Positions 1 through 8,432 of a stretch of 28,347 nucleotides of DNA are shown here, piece by piece. The translations under genes and the position numbers were made by a program. Position 1 is the first letter of the stretch. Every line of letters begins with the position of its first letter. The notes beneath the pieces are model-generated. The model worked only from the letters and a program-made list of their open reading frames with translations, was not told the origin of the DNA and made no database searches. Source of the stretch: a virus. Its lineage: Duplodnaviria > Heunggongvirae > Uroviricota > Caudoviricetes. Location: positions 1 to 28,347 of IMG/VR virus record IMGVR_UViG_3300041407_000052, one strand, 5' to 3'.

Positions 1-1
1 T

Positions 2-487
2 CAGGAGTTTTATTCTCTTGGTGAGGATGGTATTTATTTAAAGAAATGGAGACGAGGTTTTCCAAGAAGTGCCGTAGGGAATCGTGTAGGTAACACGCAC
101 CATTCTGGTTACAAGTATGTAAAGATAGGCGGTAAATTATATGGTGAGCATCAACTTGTTTGGCTTATGACTCATGGTGTTCTTCCCATCGGGGAACTTG
201 ATCACGAGGACACTGATAAGACAAATAACAATATAAGCAATTTGAGGTTGTCAACTCGACGACAAAACACAACCAATAGAAAAGGTTGGTCTAAATCTGG
301 TTTCAAAGGTGTTTACCCTAATAAACGTGGGTTACCGTGGAATGCAAGTATACGAATAAACGGTAGTAACAATAATCTTGGTAATTTTATACTTGTTGAA
401 GATGCAGCAAAAGCGTATGATATAGCGGCAATAAAAGCTAACGGGCTATTTGCCAAACTTAATTTTGAAAGGGAGAGTTACACATGA
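2..487 (+). CDS. HNH homing endonuclease with C-terminal AP2-like DNA-binding domain (5' truncated by window edge)
   Basis: The frame is open from position 2 (QEFYSLGEDG...EHQLVWLMTHG). HNH motif DHEDTDKTNNNISNLR is followed by AP2-type SGFKGVY...WNASIRING...LGNF...AAKAYD. Confidence 0.85.
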   Translation, partial: QEFYSLGEDGIYLKKWRRGFPRSAVGNRVGNTHHSGYKYVKIGGKLYGEHQLVWLMTHGVLPIGELDHEDTDKTNNNISNLRLSTRRQNTTNRKGWSKSGFKGVYPNKRGLPWNASIRINGSNNNLGNFILVEDAAKAYDIAAIKANGLFAKLNFERESYT

Positions 488-2289
488 ATCTTTTCGCAGC
501 ATTTCTGGCTGATGGATACAAGGGTGCGCACGGGATGATGTACGCTACTGGTACAGAAGTTGTTTCGTCAAACCTTACTCCACGCTCTGATCGGATCTAT
601 AAACGCACAGCTACCAAATATTACGACGGAAAACTCGTAGTAGTTGGTCACCAAGGTGCAGTCATGGAAATCGTTGAAAACTGGGATAGTTTCTTCAAGA
701 TGGACAAGGGTATTGCACTTGCGCGATTTAAACTTCTGTGCGATAGCTACTTCGGTTATGACCTGATTCAAGTAGATCATTTGTCGAGGTTGCATGACCT
801 TGGTTATCTACCTCTTGAGATTCGTGCTCTGGATGAAGGCACTAAGGTAAACATGGGAATTCCAGTCCTGACTATTCGTAACACTGTGAAACACGCTTTC
901 TGGCTGGTTAACTTCCTTGAGACTGTAATCAGCAACCTTACTTGGAAGCCAAGCACGGCTGCAACTATTGCTGCTGAATACCGTGCAATGTTGACCGACT
1001 ATGCAATCCGTACAGGTACTGCTCTTGAAGTAGTTAATATTCAAGCACACAGCTTTGCTGACCGTGGTATGTCTGGTCCTGAAGATGCAGCACGTTCTGG
1101 TTTCGGTCACGTTGGTAGTTTCTTGGGTAGTGATTCGCTGGGTACTGTGTTGTACGCACAACAGTATTACAAGGCTGGTAACTTTGTAGCTTGTTCTGTA
1201 CCTGCAACTGAGCACGCTGTAAGCACAAGTAACATTCTGCGAATTGAACAAGAGTTATATGACGGTACTTACAAATTCAAGAATGGAGAACAGATTGTAA
1301 TTCATGGCAAGATGTCGATGAATTGCGAAGACGAACGACTGATTGCTGAAATCATGTTCATGTACGAACTGATGCTCAAGTTCCCTGTTGGCATTCTGTC
1401 GTATGTAGCTGACAGCTTTGACTTCTACGGTTTGATTTCTCGTGGTCTTCCTTATCTGAAAGAAGTTATCCTTCGTCGTCAATCGAATGGTGTTACTCCC
1501 GGTCGATTGGTTATTCGTCCAGATTCTGGTGATCCTGTTGAAGTGATTTGTGGTGTAAAAGTTGTTAGTGTTCCACATACAACTGTTGAGATTCTTGAAG
1601 ACGCAGATGATGCTGTTGATTCAGTAAGTGACGTCGGTTATGAATTCACTAGAGATGATGATGGTGGTTCTGAATTTGAGTTCTTTGTACGATCAACTGA
1701 TGATGATATCATTCGGATTTCTGGTGAAACTTGTGGTAGTCGTAGTTATGGTGGTGCTTATATTAGCGGGTATAGTTCGGAAGTAGTTGATCTGACGGTT
1801 GAGCAGAAAGGTGCTGTTGAAGTGCTGATGGATATCTTTGGTTATACCGAGACTTCCACTGGTCACCACTTGATGAATGACCATATTGGTTTGATCTATG
1901 GTGACTCGATTACTACAAATCGTTGCAATACAATCCTTGAGCGCCTGTTTGACAAGGGTTATGCTTCAGGTAATGCAATGTTCGGTGTTGGTTCTTACAC
2001 TTACCAATGTGTAACACGTGATACGTTCGGTTTTGCAGTTAAGGCAACTTACACCGAAGTTAATGGTAAGGCGATTCCAATCTTCAAAGATCCTAAGACG
2101 GATAGTAAGAAGAAGAGTGCTAAAGGTCTGTTACACGTTGGTTTGGTTGATGGTGAGTATGTATTGACCGATAATGTCACTCGTGAGGTTGAACAGAGTG
2201 AATCCAACATGCTGAAGATTCGATTCTTGGATGGTAGTTTCTACAACCAAACATCCCTTGATGAGATTCGTGCAAAACTGATGGTGTAA
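484..2289 (+). CDS. nadV: Nicotinamide phosphoribosyltransferase (NAMPT/NadV) with extra insertions
   Basis: NAMPT motifs ADGYKGAH, HSFADRG, SVPATEHAV, VADSFD, IRPDSGDP, IYGDSIT, FGVGSYTY, RDTFGFAVKAT, KDPKTD..KKSAKG. Confidence 0.95.
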   Translation: MNLFAAFLADGYKGAHGMMYATGTEVVSSNLTPRSDRIYKRTATKYYDGKLVVVGHQGAVMEIVENWDSFFKMDKGIALARFKLLCDSYFGYDLIQVDHLSRLHDLGYLPLEIRALDEGTKVNMGIPVLTIRNTVKHAFWLVNFLETVISNLTWKPSTAATIAAEYRAMLTDYAIRTGTALEVVNIQAHSFADRGMSGPEDAARSGFGHVGSFLGSDSLGTVLYAQQYYKAGNFVACSVPATEHAVSTSNILRIEQELYDGTYKFKNGEQIVIHGKMSMNCEDERLIAEIMFMYELMLKFPVGILSYVADSFDFYGLISRGLPYLKEVILRRQSNGVTPGRLVIRPDSGDPVEVICGVKVVSVPHTTVEILEDADDAVDSVSDVGYEFTRDDDGGSEFEFFVRSTDDDIIRISGETCGSRSYGGAYISGYSSEVVDLTVEQKGAVEVLMDIFGYTETSTGHHLMNDHIGLIYGDSITTNRCNTILERLFDKGYASGNAMFGVGSYTYQCVTRDTFGFAVKATYTEVNGKAIPIFKDPKTDSKKKSAKGLLHVGLVDGEYVLTDNVTREVEQSESNMLKIRFLDGSFYNQTSLDEIRAKLMV

Positions 2290-2296
2290 CTGGATG

Positions 2297-2316
2297 GCCC
2301 GCTTCGGCGGGTTTTT
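2297..2316 (+). terminator. Rho-independent terminator after nadV
   Basis: Hairpin CCCGC-TTCG-GCGGG followed by TTTTT, starting 8 nt after the stop codon. Confidence 0.9.
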
Positions 2317-2345
2317 CTACGTCTGTAAATAAGTACGTTTGGTGG

Positions 2346-2373
2346 TTGACAGGCTTAAAAATTCTGGTAGAAT
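2346..2373 (+). promoter_or_regulatory. sigma70-type promoter, TTGACA-N16-TAGAAT
   Basis: TTGACA 2346-2351 and TAGAAT 2368-2373; RBS AGGAGA before ATG 2398. Confidence 0.85.
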
Positions 2374-2397
2374 AGTCGGACAAACAAGGAGATAAGT

Positions 2398-2868
2398 ATG
2401 AAAAACCAAATGACACTAGCTGTTGAACTCGCAATCGAGAAACACGAAGGACAGATGTATGGTAATCTTCCATACATGGCACACTTGATTGAAGTTGACA
2501 ACCTTGTGACCAAAGTCTACAAGAAAGTTAAATCTCCCGGTGAACCGTATTCAAAAGAACCGGGAGACGAGATGGATTGTCTTCGTGCTATCGCATTCTT
2601 GCATGATATCCTTGAAGACACAGACACCACAACATATGAACTTCTTGACGCCGGTATCTGTCAACAGGTGGTCGATGCTGTTGAAAAGATGTCGAAGGTG
2701 AAAGGTGAAAGTTACTCAGATTATATTGTTGAAGTTAAATCGAATGAACTTGCACGTAAAGTGAAACTGTGCGATACTGCTGCCAACTTGAGGAATAGCA
2801 TCAAAGAAGGCAACATCAAACGTATTAACAAATATAGTAAGCAGCTTCAACTTCTAGGTGGTTTCTAA
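2398..2868 (+). CDS. HD-domain phosphohydrolase, SpoT/Mesh1 (p)ppGpp hydrolase-like
   Basis: AIEKHEGQ.YG..PY..H...V, LHDILEDT and VKLCD..ANL match stand-alone RelA/SpoT HD hydrolases. Confidence 0.82.
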   Translation: MKNQMTLAVELAIEKHEGQMYGNLPYMAHLIEVDNLVTKVYKKVKSPGEPYSKEPGDEMDCLRAIAFLHDILEDTDTTTYELLDAGICQQVVDAVEKMSKVKGESYSDYIVEVKSNELARKVKLCDTAANLRNSIKEGNIKRINKYSKQLQLLGGF

Positions 2869-3030
2869 ATGAAGGTAACAAAAGATACAATTGGTGGGTG
2901 GATGTGGTATAATACAAATGTCAAAGAAGCTGTAGGACGAACACTTAGCGAGAAAGAAGTTAAAGATGTGATGAAGAAATACATTTCAGGCCAATCATGG
3001 CAAACAACAGTAATGGAGATGACTAAATGA
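2869..3030 (+). CDS. Hypothetical protein (53 aa, MKVTKDTIGG...)
   Basis: Translated by hand; fills the gap, abutting the upstream stop and overlapping the next ATG (ATGA). Confidence 0.7.
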   Translation: MKVTKDTIGGWMWYNTNVKEAVGRTLSEKEVKDVMKKYISGQSWQTTVMEMTK

Positions 3031-3197
3031 TTACCCAAAAAGAGATTCGTGAAATTGCACTGGCTGACCTGCTGCAAAGTCTGAAGTCTGCTCGTGTATC
3101 TGCTAAGCTCGCTGGGTTCACCAGTTGGGAAGTTGATGATGCGATTGGTGAACTGATTGACATTGCTGAGTTCCAATACGATCAAGAGCGTGACTGA
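3027..3197 (+). CDS. Hypothetical protein (56 aa, MITQKEIREIAL...)
   Basis: Translated by hand; ATGA overlap with the upstream gene and GGAG upstream. Confidence 0.7.
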   Translation: MITQKEIREIALADLLQSLKSARVSAKLAGFTSWEVDDAIGELIDIAEFQYDQERD

Positions 3198-3198
3198 T

Positions 3199-3468
3199 AT
3201 GAGTGAGATGGAGTACAACAAGGGTATATTGATTCCTACTCATATCGACACTGAACATTTTGGACAGGATGAGTACGAAACATACAGTGAAAACGGCTAC
3301 GTGGTTCTTGATGGTGAAATCTACACTGTTAAGTGGGAAGTTCAACGTGGTGAAATTGATCAGATAAACAACGTTCGTGTTTGTGATGAGACTGGTTACA
3401 TTTTCTTCGAGACTTATCACTACAACGGTGGTGCTCATTGGACTGAAGTTGTTGAGAGTAAATTATAA
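3199..3468 (+). CDS. Hypothetical acidic protein (MSEMEYNKG...)
   Basis: ORF track 3157..3468; ATG 3199 preferred because it follows the stop of the previous gene. Confidence 0.72.
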   Translation: MSEMEYNKGILIPTHIDTEHFGQDEYETYSENGYVVLDGEIYTVKWEVQRGEIDQINNVRVCDETGYIFFETYHYNGGAHWTEVVESKL

Positions 3469-3677
3469 TGTCAGGTGCTATCGTAAGTTGGCAGTCTAAG
3501 CTAGACGCCACAGTTGGAATACAACCTGTTGCACGCAGTCATATTGGTGGTGTACACTATGAAGATTACGAACTGCACGATGGGTATTGGCGTTACACGT
3601 GGACCAACTTCACGTTAGATGATCATCCTGAGTTCATTGAAGTGAATAAGATGGAGGTTGAAGATGTCGCTGCATAA
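3468..3677 (+). CDS. Hypothetical protein
   Basis: ORF track; TAATG coupling to the upstream gene. Confidence 0.62.
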   Translation: MSGAIVSWQSKLDATVGIQPVARSHIGGVHYEDYELHDGYWRYTWTNFTLDDHPEFIEVNKMEVEDVAA

Positions 3678-3879
3678 CGAAATCATGAATATTCCAGTGC
3701 AATACTCACGCGGTGAGTTCGGTAAAGAAGTTCATTACCTTCATTACTCTGAAGGTCACCGTGACGCTCGTCATTCTGCTGCTGAATTGAGCTTGAAGTA
3801 TGATCGTTTGATTGAAGAGCTTGGCGACCGCTTTGGTAAAGGTACTGTTGATTTATTTAAAAGGAAGTGTGGATTATGA
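3664..3879 (+). CDS. Hypothetical protein, paralogue of the next gene
   Basis: ORF track 3658..3879; ATG 3664 has a GGAGG RBS; similar to 3876..4079. Confidence 0.68.
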   Translation: MSLHNEIMNIPVQYSRGEFGKEVHYLHYSEGHRDARHSAAELSLKYDRLIEELGDRFGKGTVDLFKRKCGL

Positions 3880-4079
3880 AATTTTCGGAACGGATTGATA
3901 ACATTCCAGCCAATTGCTTTACATATGGTGATTACCATGAAGGGTTCTATCAGTGTCGTGACGAAGCAGCAAGTATTGCTGACAAGGCTGATGAACTAAT
4001 TGTTAAGTTGTTTGATGCACTTTGTAATCGTCACGCTGACGATCTTGTTGATGAATTGAAAGAGGAGTATGGTCTGTGA
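3876..4079 (+). CDS. Hypothetical protein, paralogue of the previous gene
   Basis: ATGA overlap; shares I.NIP, Y.EG, R..AA, K.D.LI and VD..K...GL with 3664..3879. Confidence 0.68.
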   Translation: MKFSERIDNIPANCFTYGDYHEGFYQCRDEAASIADKADELIVKLFDALCNRHADDLVDELKEEYGL

Positions 4080-4402
4080 GTGTTATCCCAAATGCAGAAG
4101 CACGCAGTAATGTAATTTATATTGCCGGTCCAATGACTGGGTTGGAAGAGTTCAATTTCCCAGCGTTTAACTCTGCTGCTGACAAGTTTAAATCCGATGG
4201 TTGGGAAGTTAAGAACCCAGCGGAACATGGTGTTGTTGAAGGTGCGACTTGGGAAGATTACATGGCATTCGATCTAACTCAACTAGGTCAATGTGGTGCT
4301 GTCTACATGTTGAAAGGTTGGGAGATGTCACGCGGTGCATGTTTGGAGCAACTGATTGCAATGCGGTTGGGTATGAAGATTATTTATGAGGACCGTGTAT
4401 GA
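4076..4402 (+). CDS. DUF4406 family, nucleoside 2-deoxyribosyltransferase-like protein
   Basis: IYIAGPMTG...FN.PAF...A...G..V.NPAE...W..YM..DL..L..C..VYML.GWE.S.GA.LE pattern. Confidence 0.85.
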   Translation: MSVIPNAEARSNVIYIAGPMTGLEEFNFPAFNSAADKFKSDGWEVKNPAEHGVVEGATWEDYMAFDLTQLGQCGAVYMLKGWEMSRGACLEQLIAMRLGMKIIYEDRV

Positions 4403-4563
4403 CACTTGACCAAGCAGTAGAATATGTAATTGATGCAGCAAAAGCACTTGGTTACAGTCATCATGAATTGCAATTGTTGGCCCCTGATATACGTGAAATG
4501 ATTTATTCGCTTCCTTCTACAGAGAAATCCGACATTGACAACCTGATTGAAGAGAAGTTGTAA
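4399..4563 (+). CDS. Hypothetical protein (54 aa, MTLDQAVEYVID...)
   Basis: Translated by hand; ATGA overlap and GAGG RBS. Confidence 0.7.
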   Translation: MTLDQAVEYVIDAAKALGYSHHELQLLAPDIREMIYSLPSTEKSDIDNLIEEKL

Positions 4564-4564
4564 T

Positions 4565-4855
4565 ATGGCTGAAAAGAAAGTAAAACCGTTGGTAACCGTC
4601 ATCGTTGAATATAAAGAGTTCACTGATTACGAGTTCATTCCACCGGGTAGTTTTTACATTCGACCAGCAAGCGGTGATTACATTTTCTTGAAGACATCTG
4701 ATCGAATGGCTGCCCAATCACATATCGACAAAGAATACGGGAAAGGTAAATACACAGTAGTTCCAGCAAAGATTCAGAAGACAGTTAGTCGATTAGAATC
4801 TGGTGGACTTAGTTGTACTGGAACTGCAACTCGTAAAGGACAACAAAAACGATGA
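4565..4855 (+). CDS. Hypothetical basic protein (MAEKKVKP...)
   Basis: ORF track 4547..4855; ATG 4565 lies just after the upstream stop. Confidence 0.75.
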   Translation: MAEKKVKPLVTVIVEYKEFTDYEFIPPGSFYIRPASGDYIFLKTSDRMAAQSHIDKEYGKGKYTVVPAKIQKTVSRLESGGLSCTGTATRKGQQKR

Positions 4856-5049
4856 TTAGCACGATAAAAAGAATCCAATATGGTGATACTGGATCTGGTG
4901 ATTATGCTGAAGTCACAATTGATTCGATTGAGAATCATGCTATTCTTTTGGGCAATGATAGTATCTCAAGTCGTAAAAAGGTTATATACGCAAGTGAAGT
5001 AGATTCACTTATTGAAGCATTGCAACACCTGAAATATAATTATCTTTGA
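4852..5049 (+). CDS. Hypothetical protein
   Basis: ORF track; ATGA overlap. Confidence 0.65.
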   Translation: MISTIKRIQYGDTGSGDYAEVTIDSIENHAILLGNDSISSRKKVIYASEVDSLIEALQHLKYNYL

Positions 5050-5060
5050 GGAGAAAACAA

Positions 5061-5516
5061 ATGAGCATTAATTTGGAAAACATCAAACCTGAATCAGACT
5101 TCGGGCCAGTGGACACTTCCGAAATTCAAGAAGTATCTCTGGTCAACTTCATGGCGGCCATCGGGTACGAGCCAACTTACAAACCAACCGTTGGTGGTGA
5201 GCGCCTTACTGGTTTCTTCCAACCAAAGTTCTTTCGTATCGGTCAGGCTCGTTTGAGCGTTAACACTGCAATCCGACTTCACAACGAATACGCTGAAGAG
5301 TCTTTTGCAGAACTTATTTCGTTTACTCCGAATCAGGAGTTCCGTGACTTCGTTTCTGACTACGATAATATCGATAAGATCACATCGTTGTTTGCAGGAA
5401 CTTGCAAAATTGTTAACTTCGTCAGTGCAACTTACTCTAAGAAGAAAGGTTTTGTTGTTCACAACCACAATGTAAAGTTTATGACTAAACGTGATCAACG
5501 TCGTTACGGTTTCTGA
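5061..5516 (+). CDS. Hypothetical protein (MSINLENIK...)
   Basis: ORF track 5046..5516; strong RBS GAGGAG before ATG 5061. Confidence 0.78.
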   Translation: MSINLENIKPESDFGPVDTSEIQEVSLVNFMAAIGYEPTYKPTVGGERLTGFFQPKFFRIGQARLSVNTAIRLHNEYAEESFAELISFTPNQEFRDFVSDYDNIDKITSLFAGTCKIVNFVSATYSKKKGFVVHNHNVKFMTKRDQRRYGF

Positions 5517-5518
5517 CC

Positions 5519-5608
5519 ATGGTTGAATTCCTATTCGCAGTTACGGCACTTTCATTTTGTGTATTGATGTTGGCGATTTCATATGGAATCATTAGGGAAT
5601 CACGCTAA
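5519..5608 (+). CDS. Small membrane peptide (29 aa, MVEFLFAVTALSFCVLMLAISYGIIRESR)
   Basis: Translated by hand; single hydrophobic helix; TAATG coupling to the dCMP deaminase gene. Confidence 0.5.
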   Translation: MVEFLFAVTALSFCVLMLAISYGIIRESR

Positions 5609-6027
5609 TGTTACAACACAAGATGATCAAACCTTACATGGAAACAGCTCGGGCATTTTCTCAGCTGTCTCATGCCAAACGTAAAAGGGTTGGTGCAATT
5701 GCTGTAACGCCACAAGATGTTGTAATCTATTCATGGAACGGAAGACCTTCAGGTGATGATAATTGTTGTGAGTTAACACCTGAACTAACGCACCCTGAAG
5801 TTTTACATGCTGAAGCAAATATTGTATCCAAGGCCGCTCGTGAAGGTATCTCATTGAAAGATGCAGATATCTATGTGACGCTCAGTCCTTGTCTACCTTG
5901 CTCTTTACAGTTGTTCCAAGCCGGTGTAAAGACAGTGACATACGATGAGGAGTACAGATTAACAGATGGTATTGATTTCCTAAAGCGTAAGCAGGTTTCA
6001 GTAATCAAGTATGAGGAGAGTGTATGA
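5608..6027 (+). CDS. dCMP deaminase (cytidine deaminase superfamily)
   Basis: Zinc motifs HAEAN and SPCLPCS; N-terminal S.AKRKRVGA and WNG.PSG. Confidence 0.92.
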   Translation: MLQHKMIKPYMETARAFSQLSHAKRKRVGAIAVTPQDVVIYSWNGRPSGDDNCCELTPELTHPEVLHAEANIVSKAAREGISLKDADIYVTLSPCLPCSLQLFQAGVKTVTYDEEYRLTDGIDFLKRKQVSVIKYEESV

Positions 6028-6221
6028 GGATTTTAGTTGATAAGTTGTATGGTGATGCGACAGTCTCTATCTACAATAAGAATGGTGAACTGATTCACAC
6101 TGAAGGGTTTTTCGGTAAGTGTGGCTCTGCATATATCCGACAAATTCCAGTTGTAGAAGTTGAATACGGACATTGCCAAGCTGTGTTCTCTGGTGAGTTT
6201 GAATACAAGGTGGTTGCATGA
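6024..6221 (+). CDS. Hypothetical protein
   Basis: ORF track; ATGA overlap and GAGGAG RBS. Confidence 0.7.
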   Translation: MRILVDKLYGDATVSIYNKNGELIHTEGFFGKCGSAYIRQIPVVEVEYGHCQAVFSGEFEYKVVA

Positions 6222-6406
6222 GTTGTAACTATCGGATTGTCAGAGAAGAATTCAAAAATGGTCGCGTAACTTTCAAGATTGAAAAGAAAGTCGAACATGT
6301 TGAGCGTTGGGTTCATCTAACCAACCGTGACACAATTGGAGATGCTAGATCGGTGATTGCAACTTTGATTGGTGAGGAACTAGTTAGTAGTGAGGTGGTT
6401 GAATGA
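6218..6406 (+). CDS. Hypothetical protein
   Basis: ORF track; ATGA overlap. Confidence 0.68.
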   Translation: MSCNYRIVREEFKNGRVTFKIEKKVEHVERWVHLTNRDTIGDARSVIATLIGEELVSSEVVE

Positions 6407-6651
6407 TCGTTAAGCAAGAAGATATCAATGCAATGTTTGAAGCTGCTTCTCAACAAGAGAATGATGTTGAGAAGCGTGAACAACTTCGCAATCAGGCTAT
6501 GAAGTTTCTGTACGACAACCAAGAGTGTTATGTCGCCCAATGGATTCTGCAAAACCCATATGCAAACATTGGTCATTATGCTCTGAAGTTTGTTTACAAT
6601 GATGCTTCCCTTTTGGGTTACACAGTTACAATGGAGAAGATTGATGTTTGA
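6403..6651 (+). CDS. Hypothetical protein
   Basis: ORF track; ATGA overlap and GAGG RBS. Confidence 0.7.
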   Translation: MIVKQEDINAMFEAASQQENDVEKREQLRNQAMKFLYDNQECYVAQWILQNPYANIGHYALKFVYNDASLLGYTVTMEKIDV

Positions 6652-7900
6652 GAAGAATCTGTTCGGTTTGGAAAAGAATGGTGATGTAAAGGTTTGGTTG
6701 ATCAGAATTGAGGACGTGTTCTGTGATCACCCTGAAGTTATGTTGGTCATCACCCATGGTAAAGAAGGTGGTAAACTCACAGTTAAGAATGAGAGCGTGA
6801 CTCAAGGTAAGCAAGGTCGTACTGTTTACGAACAAGCTGTTTTGCAAGCTGAAGCTCGTATCAAGAAACAATTAGCTAAGAACTATCGTGAGAACCGTGA
6901 CGACCTGTTCGAAGAACTACCCATTATTGCCATGCTTGCTAAAGATGCATCTATGGAGAAACTGGAAAAGGTTAAGTTCAAGTACAAAGAAGGCATACTG
7001 GTTTCTGACAAGCTTGACGGTTTCCGCTGCCTTGCTAAATGCTTTATGTCTCCACACTTCGGTATTAAAACAGTTACGATTGAGTCTCGCACAGGTGAGA
7101 TTTACAAAGTTCCACACATCGAAGAAGAACTTCTTGGGTTCATGGAGCCGGGCGATATCCTCGACGGTGAGCTTTACGTACATGGTCCTGTACTAGAAGA
7201 AATCTCCAGTGCTGTAAAGCGGACAGATCCACAAGAAAAGATCAACGAGACATACCTTAAAGTTGCAAAGCAACTGAATAAACATGGTCCTGATAGTCCT
7301 GAATACGCAAAAGCAAAAACAGAGTATGCTCAAGCAAATGAAATTGCTAAGATTCGTGGCCAGCTTGAGTTCCGTGTATTCGACTTCGTTACTCTGTATG
7401 ATCCATTTGTGGTTCGTCTCGACAAACTGAATAAGTATGCGGATGAGCGATTCATTGACGGTGGTAAAGTATTCAAAGTTGCGTACATTACTGTCTTCTC
7501 GAAAGAGGAACTTCGTGCTGCCCACAAAGATGCTGTAGAACGTGGTTTCGAAGGTGTAATGGTTCGTACACTTGAGGGTGAATACGAGAGCGGTAAGCGT
7601 TCAGGCGGACTGTGGAAGTACAAAGAGTTCATGGATGCAGAATTCCAAATCTTGGATATTGTACCTGACAAACAAGGTCATGCTGTGTTCGTGCTTCGTA
7701 ACAACAAGAATGGTAATGTCTTTCAGTGTGTTATGGGTGATATGGAACAACGTGCTTACTACCTTGCAAACAAGCATCTTTTTATCGGTAAGTGGTTGAT
7801 GGTTAAGTTCCAGTCTCTATACAAAAAGACATTGATTCCGCAATTTCCGACTGGTATCATGTTCCGTGAATGCGATGAACAAGGGAATCCTGTTGAATGA
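6644..7900 (+). CDS. lig: ATP-dependent DNA ligase with WGR-like N-terminal domain
   Basis: Motif I DKLDGFR, III LDGELY, IIIa FRVFD, IV EGVMVR, V WKYK, OB-fold VKFQ...PQFP. ATG 6644 has a GGAG RBS (the track start 6590 is an over-extension). Confidence 0.95.
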   Translation: MFEKNLFGLEKNGDVKVWLIRIEDVFCDHPEVMLVITHGKEGGKLTVKNESVTQGKQGRTVYEQAVLQAEARIKKQLAKNYRENRDDLFEELPIIAMLAKDASMEKLEKVKFKYKEGILVSDKLDGFRCLAKCFMSPHFGIKTVTIESRTGEIYKVPHIEEELLGFMEPGDILDGELYVHGPVLEEISSAVKRTDPQEKINETYLKVAKQLNKHGPDSPEYAKAKTEYAQANEIAKIRGQLEFRVFDFVTLYDPFVVRLDKLNKYADERFIDGGKVFKVAYITVFSKEELRAAHKDAVERGFEGVMVRTLEGEYESGKRSGGLWKYKEFMDAEFQILDIVPDKQGHAVFVLRNNKNGNVFQCVMGDMEQRAYYLANKHLFIGKWLMVKFQSLYKKTLIPQFPTGIMFRECDEQGNPVE

Positions 7901-8427
7901 TTAATCTACTTGAGCATACAAGTTCGTCATACGGACCACGCACTTGGCACAATGCAGCTCAAGGTGTAACTCTTGCTATTGCCGTGGACTTTTCCACGGC
8001 TGGTGAGAAGCTTACAACTAAAGCAGCACAGAAGAATGGTATTGTCCATCTCGATGCTCGCGTGTTTGCAACCGATTGGATACCAGCAAGTCGTGAGTTG
8101 TATAAACTGCTGAGAGACAGTGATTGTCGAATAGTAAACGTTGCAGGCAACGGGATTTACACGTATAGTAAGCATGGTTTCGACCAACAAGGTGTTAACC
8201 ACATGGTTCAACAAGTACTCAAGCAAGTACACGAGCATTGGAAGCTTGACCATGTGGTAAGTGGTGGTCAGACAGGTGCAGACCTTGCGGGGTTGATTGC
8301 AGCAGCTAAGCTTGACATTGACTGCACAGGTATGTGGCCTAAAGGCTACAAGATGAGATTCGAAAATGGTGTTGACAAGGACCACACACCTAGTCAGATT
8401 ATGGATATAATCAATAAATACGCATGA
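7897..8427 (+). CDS. SLOG superfamily (YpsA/'MoCo carrier'-like) nucleotide-binding protein
   Basis: Contains SGGQTGAD.AGL.AA, Y..RT..N, G..LT and VNVAGN. The SGGQTG block is C-terminal rather than N-terminal. Confidence 0.72.
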   Translation: MINLLEHTSSSYGPRTWHNAAQGVTLAIAVDFSTAGEKLTTKAAQKNGIVHLDARVFATDWIPASRELYKLLRDSDCRIVNVAGNGIYTYSKHGFDQQGVNHMVQQVLKQVHEHWKLDHVVSGGQTGADLAGLIAAAKLDIDCTGMWPKGYKMRFENGVDKDHTPSQIMDIINKYA

Positions 8428-8432
8428 GGTAA

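Noticed and set aside
1555-1800. Intein in NAMPT
   Set aside because: No N-terminal Cys/Ser plus C-terminal His-Asn splice signature and no LAGLIDADG motifs.
3591-3606. parS-like CGTTACACGTGGACCA
   Set aside because: Two mismatches to consensus and inside a coding sequence (W-R-Y-T-W-T); probably incidental, though weak ParB binding is not excluded.
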